From assembly GCA_965369865.1 (NCBI GenBank), contig CBDURU010000121.1:1-10361 (forward strand): a DNA stretch of 10,361 bases, written 5' to 3'. A program made the position numbers and the translations under genes. Shown piece after piece: positions 6,905 to 10,361 of the stretch (position 1 is its first letter; every line of letters begins with the position of its first letter). The stretch comes from an uncultured bacterium (GTDB taxonomy: Bacteria; JAJVIF01; JAPKYR01). The notes beneath the pieces were generated by a model. That model searched no databases and was not told where the DNA came from. It worked only from the letters and a program-made list of their open reading frames with translations.

Positions 6905-8122
6905 ATGTTAGTCAGATTTTCGGTTGAAAACTTCAAGTCGATCCGCGAGGAACAAACCCTCAGCATGGTCGCGAGCAATTACGAGAAAGATCTTCCAGGG
7001 AACGTGATTGAACTCGACGTGCCCGGTTTAAAGGGGGTGAACCTGCTTAAGAGTGCAGTGATATATGGTGCGAATGCAAGTGGGAAGAGTAATTTGTTGA
7101 AAGCGTTTGATTTTATGAAGGACTTTGTACTTACATCTGCCGTGAAAGTTAAACCAGCTAATAAGACAGGGATTGATACTTTCATACTGGATAAGGATTG
7201 GCGGCACAAACCAAGTAAAATGGAAATAACACTTGTGCTTGAGGATAAAATCAGAGTTGATTATGGATTTACAATTACTTCGGATCGCGTGCAGGAGGAG
7301 TGGTTAACAACATATCCAAAAGGTCGAGGGATTCGTTTATTCCATCGATGGGTTGAAGATGGTAAGGATAAATATAAATTTAGTAAAAAAGTAAAAATTA
7401 AAAAGGACCTGACAGATATCACAAGACCTGACGCTCTATTCATGACTGTTGCACGGACTTGGAACGTCCACGAAATAGGTCAAATCGCTGATTGGTTTCA
7501 GACAGAATTGCTGGATCTTAATGCGCTGGCTGCAACGGGTTCGACTCAGGCAACTGCTTACCAGGATCCCGATAAGAAGCGTAAAATCCTAGGACAATTG
7601 CACTCGGCTGATTTTGGGATTATCGATATCGACTTTGGTTTTTTACAGAGTGGTCCAGATAAACTTCTTTTCACTCAATTTATTCATAGGTTAATTGATC
7701 CTGAAAATAAATCAGCAAGCATTTCTTTCAATCGCGATATGGAATCTGATGGTACAAATCGATTCTTCGACCTCATTGGTCCCTGGTTATACATCCTTGA
7801 TAATAAATATTTTGGCTTTATCGATGAAGTAGATACCAGCCTGCATCCTAGCTTAGTGAGAAAACTAATTCAGACTTTCCATAAATGGAAAACAGAAGGT
7901 GGGCAATTATTACTAACAACCCACGACACGACCCTGTTATCTGCAGATTTATTCAGGAGGGATCAGATTTGGATAACTGAAAAAAGTTATCAAGGTGATA
8001 CGGTTCTATACCCGTTAAGTGGTTTCAAGGTTAGAAAAGGAGAGTCTCTTCAAAAAGGCTACCTTGCTGGGAGATATGGTGGCATACCATTCCTTGGTCC
8101 TGAGATCGAAACCGATGGCTAG
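6905..8122 (+). CDS. RloA/AbiLi-like AAA_21 (ABC-type) ATPase, 405 aa
   Basis: N-terminal FSVENFKSI, Walker A GANASGKS, signature-like ESDGT, Walker B FIDEVD..LHP, H-loop TTHD, and the C-terminal YLAGRYGGIP motif typical of RloA-like proteins. Confidence 0.88.
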   Translation: MLVRFSVENFKSIREEQTLSMVASNYEKDLPGNVIELDVPGLKGVNLLKSAVIYGANASGKSNLLKAFDFMKDFVLTSAVKVKPANKTGIDTFILDKDWRHKPSKMEITLVLEDKIRVDYGFTITSDRVQEEWLTTYPKGRGIRLFHRWVEDGKDKYKFSKKVKIKKDLTDITRPDALFMTVARTWNVHEIGQIADWFQTELLDLNALAATGSTQATAYQDPDKKRKILGQLHSADFGIIDIDFGFLQSGPDKLLFTQFIHRLIDPENKSASISFNRDMESDGTNRFFDLIGPWLYILDNKYFGFIDEVDTSLHPSLVRKLIQTFHKWKTEGGQLLLTTHDTTLLSADLFRRDQIWITEKSYQGDTVLYPLSGFKVRKGESLQKGYLAGRYGGIPFLGPEIETDG

Positions 8123-8741
8123 AATTATTAAACCAAATGGATTAAAAAGAACCCCTGTAAGACGGACTGGTGATTCGATATTGATTGTTTGTGAGGGTGG
8201 GGTTACTGAACCTGAATATTTCAGGAAGTTAAAACGTGCATGGAAGTTACACGCAGTGGAAATCGTTGGAGACTGTGGTAATGCTCCAATCAGTGTTGTT
8301 GATAAAGCTAAAGAATTAGAAAAAATTCGCAGACAAGAGGCAGGGAAAAGAGATAGTGAGCATGTCCCTTATGATCAGGTGTGGTGTGTATTTGACAGGG
8401 ACCAACATGAATCATTTGATCGCGCACTAGATAAAGCCAGAGGTAATAGATTTTTCCTGGCAGAATCTATCCCATGTTTTGAATTTTGGTTTTTAGTACA
8501 TTTTGCCCCTAAGCAACACTGCTATCATGATCATGACCATGTTGTAGGGGATTTAAGTCAACCTAGGTTTTTACCAGGTTATGTAAAAAAAAGTGTTCCA
8601 TTTGAAGAACTTTTCCCTCGGACTGAAACTGCCATAGAGAATTCTCAAACTGTTCGAAATATCCTGATTTCTAATCCTGCACTAGGAATTTCTTACACCA
8701 AGGTCGATATGCTTGTTAAAGAACTTAAAACATTAAAGTGA
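8115..8741 (+). CDS. RloB/AbiLii-like protein (TOPRIM-like), 208 aa
   Basis: IVCEGGVTEPEYF, VWCVFDRD and SIPCFEFWFLVHF are RloB-family motifs. ATG 8115 overlaps the ATPase end by 8 nt, suggesting translational coupling. Confidence 0.88.
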   Translation: MARIIKPNGLKRTPVRRTGDSILIVCEGGVTEPEYFRKLKRAWKLHAVEIVGDCGNAPISVVDKAKELEKIRRQEAGKRDSEHVPYDQVWCVFDRDQHESFDRALDKARGNRFFLAESIPCFEFWFLVHFAPKQHCYHDHDHVVGDLSQPRFLPGYVKKSVPFEELFPRTETAIENSQTVRNILISNPALGISYTKVDMLVKELKTLK

Positions 8742-8824
8742 TTGTTCCCCCCCTTCATTTCTCCCCACTTACGCGTTATAATTCGCAGTCCTTATCAGGT
8801 ATACACATCCCAGTGAGGTGTTAC

Positions 8825-10126
8825 ATGAACAGCTTTAATACGCCATTAGCCGAAATCGATCCCGAAATTCACGGACTCATCAAAAAAGAATACGACCGCG
8901 TGATGGGTACGGTCCAGTTGATAGCATCGGAGAATTTCCCGTCCCGCGCGGTTATGGAAGCTACCGGGGGCCCGCTCCAGCATAAATACGCTGAAGGATT
9001 TCCATACCTCCGTAGAAAAAAGATGGACGGGATACGCGAATGGGACCGCGACGGTCGCTACTACGAGGGCAACGTTATCATGGATCAGATCGAGCGGGTC
9101 GCGATCGAACGTGCGCAGAAACTTTTCGGCACCGAGTACGCATGTGTCCAGCTTTTCTCCGGGGCGCCGGCCAACGAATGCGTCTATCACGCGTTCCTTG
9201 AATTCGGCGACCATGCGATGGCGATGGACCTCGCGAACGGCGGACACCTCAGCCACGGAAGCCCGGTTAATTTCTCGGGCCAGAGATACAACTTCATGCC
9301 GTACGGGGTTGTGGAGGAAACGGGGATAATCGACTACGACCAGCTTGCCAGGGATGCCAAGGAGCATCAGCCGAAAATGATTGTCGCTGGCGCCACGGCG
9401 TATCCCAGAATCGTAGATTTTCAGAAATTCCGGGAGATTGCCGATAGCGTGGGCGCCCTGCTACTTGTGGATATGGCGCATTTCGCCGGACTTGTCGCGG
9501 GCAAAGTACATCCAACGCCTGTCGGATACGCCGATGTTATCTCGACCACCACGCATAAAACCCTTCGAGGGCCCCGAGGCGCGTTAATCCTTGCCGATGA
9601 AGAACGCGGCAAGGCAATCGACCGTGCCGTATTTCCGGGAATCCAAGCAGGCCCGCACCTGAATGAGATCGCGGCGAAAGCCGTATGTTTCCATCAATGC
9701 ATGCAGCCAGAATTCCAGCAGTATTCGGCCGATGTGGTCAAAAACGCCCAATTTTTCGGGGATGAGATGATGGTGCAGGGCTTCAAGCTGGTTTCGGACG
9801 GCACCGACACCCATCTGATTCTCGTGGATTTAAGGGACAGAAAATATTCAGGCAACAAGGCCGCGAAGGCTTTAATCAAGGCTGGAATCTGCACGAACAG
9901 GAACATGGTTCCCGGTGATGAGCGTCCACCGATGCAGACATCCGGAATCAGGCTCGGCAGCCCGTTCATGACGTCGCTGGGGTTCGGAGAGGATGAGTTC
10001 AGGCAGGTCGCGCGATGGATCAAAAGAATCCTGGACGACATTAAAAACGATGATGAGATTGAAAATGTGAAGAAAGAGGTTTCGGGGTTGTGCGCGAGTT
10101 ACCCGCATCCGGATTTTCTATTGTGA
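8825..10126 (+). CDS. glyA: Serine hydroxymethyltransferase, 433 aa
   Basis: LIASEN, KYAEG, RYY, GGHLSHG, DMAHFAGL, TTTHKTLRGPRG (PLP lysine), GTDTHL and SGIRLG. Start ATG 8825 follows GAGGTG; a TATAAT lies at 8777-8782. Confidence 0.97.
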   Translation: MNSFNTPLAEIDPEIHGLIKKEYDRVMGTVQLIASENFPSRAVMEATGGPLQHKYAEGFPYLRRKKMDGIREWDRDGRYYEGNVIMDQIERVAIERAQKLFGTEYACVQLFSGAPANECVYHAFLEFGDHAMAMDLANGGHLSHGSPVNFSGQRYNFMPYGVVEETGIIDYDQLARDAKEHQPKMIVAGATAYPRIVDFQKFREIADSVGALLLVDMAHFAGLVAGKVHPTPVGYADVISTTTHKTLRGPRGALILADEERGKAIDRAVFPGIQAGPHLNEIAAKAVCFHQCMQPEFQQYSADVVKNAQFFGDEMMVQGFKLVSDGTDTHLILVDLRDRKYSGNKAAKALIKAGICTNRNMVPGDERPPMQTSGIRLGSPFMTSLGFGEDEFRQVARWIKRILDDIKNDDEIENVKKEVSGLCASYPHPDFLL

Positions 10127-10223
10127 TTTTTAACAGAGCGATTTATACCAGGTATTAACCATTATTAGCCATTGCGAATTAATTTACAGACTTCCGGATG
10201 ATTATGATTAAAGTGAGAAATGA

Positions 10224-10361
10224 AAAAACCGTAGAACAGCACGGCAGTGCGTCGAATGGCAGTGCGTCGAATGGCAGTGCGTCGAATAAAAACCGTAGAA
10301 CAGCACGGCAGTGCGTCGAATGGCAGTGCGTCGAATAAAAACCGTAGAACAGCACGGCAGT
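10224..10361. repeat. Nested tandem repeat A-B3-A-B2-A-B(truncated); A=AAAAACCGTAGAACAGCAC (19 nt), B=GGCAGTGCGTCGAAT (15 nt)
   Basis: A starts at 10224, 10288 and 10337. B starts at 10243, 10258, 10273, 10307, 10322 and, partially, 10356. All copies are identical and the array is cut by the window end. Confidence 0.95.

Noticed and set aside
8742..8824. ZTP, THF or glycine riboswitch upstream of glyA
   Set aside because: The gap is only 83 nt, with a TATAAT at 8777-8782 leaving a leader of about 35 nt. No aptamer motif or stems are visible.
10224..10361. CRISPR array or repeat-encoded peptide
   Set aside because: There are no unique spacers and no cas genes in the window. The 19-nt module shifts the reading frame, and the ATG at 10220 meets TAG after four codons.
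1..10361. Genome-wide TGA reassignment (code 4/25) as the explanation for the DUF2007 extension
   Set aside because: No in-frame TGA interrupts any of the long conserved genes, and glyA, the RloB-like gene and the ferredoxin end at TGA at family-typical positions.

Overview
Bacterial chromosomal window, standard genetic code, read left to right. (1) A DNRLRE-like lipoprotein gene (+) sits behind a consensus sigma-54 promoter. (2) Two tandem, colinear 412-aa KamA-family radical-SAM/PLP aminomutase paralogues (-) lack the lysine-binding aspartates of lysine 2,3-aminomutase; a single-cluster ferredoxin (-) lies upstream of them. (3) A solitary, long prepilin/GspG-type N-methylation protein (+) is followed by a structured intergenic region. 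(4) A Zn-ribbon/DUF2007-like gene (-) has a reading frame that stays open past its TGA. (5) An AT-rich RloA/RloB (AbiL-like) ATPase plus TOPRIM-like pair (+) is a probable anti-phage insert. (6) glyA (+) carries a 15-aa insertion. (7) A nested two-module GTAG/REP-like tandem repeat runs off the right edge. The best candidate for undescribed biology is the ferredoxin plus twin non-lysine aminomutase locus. All family assignments come from motif recognition by eye; no searches were run.
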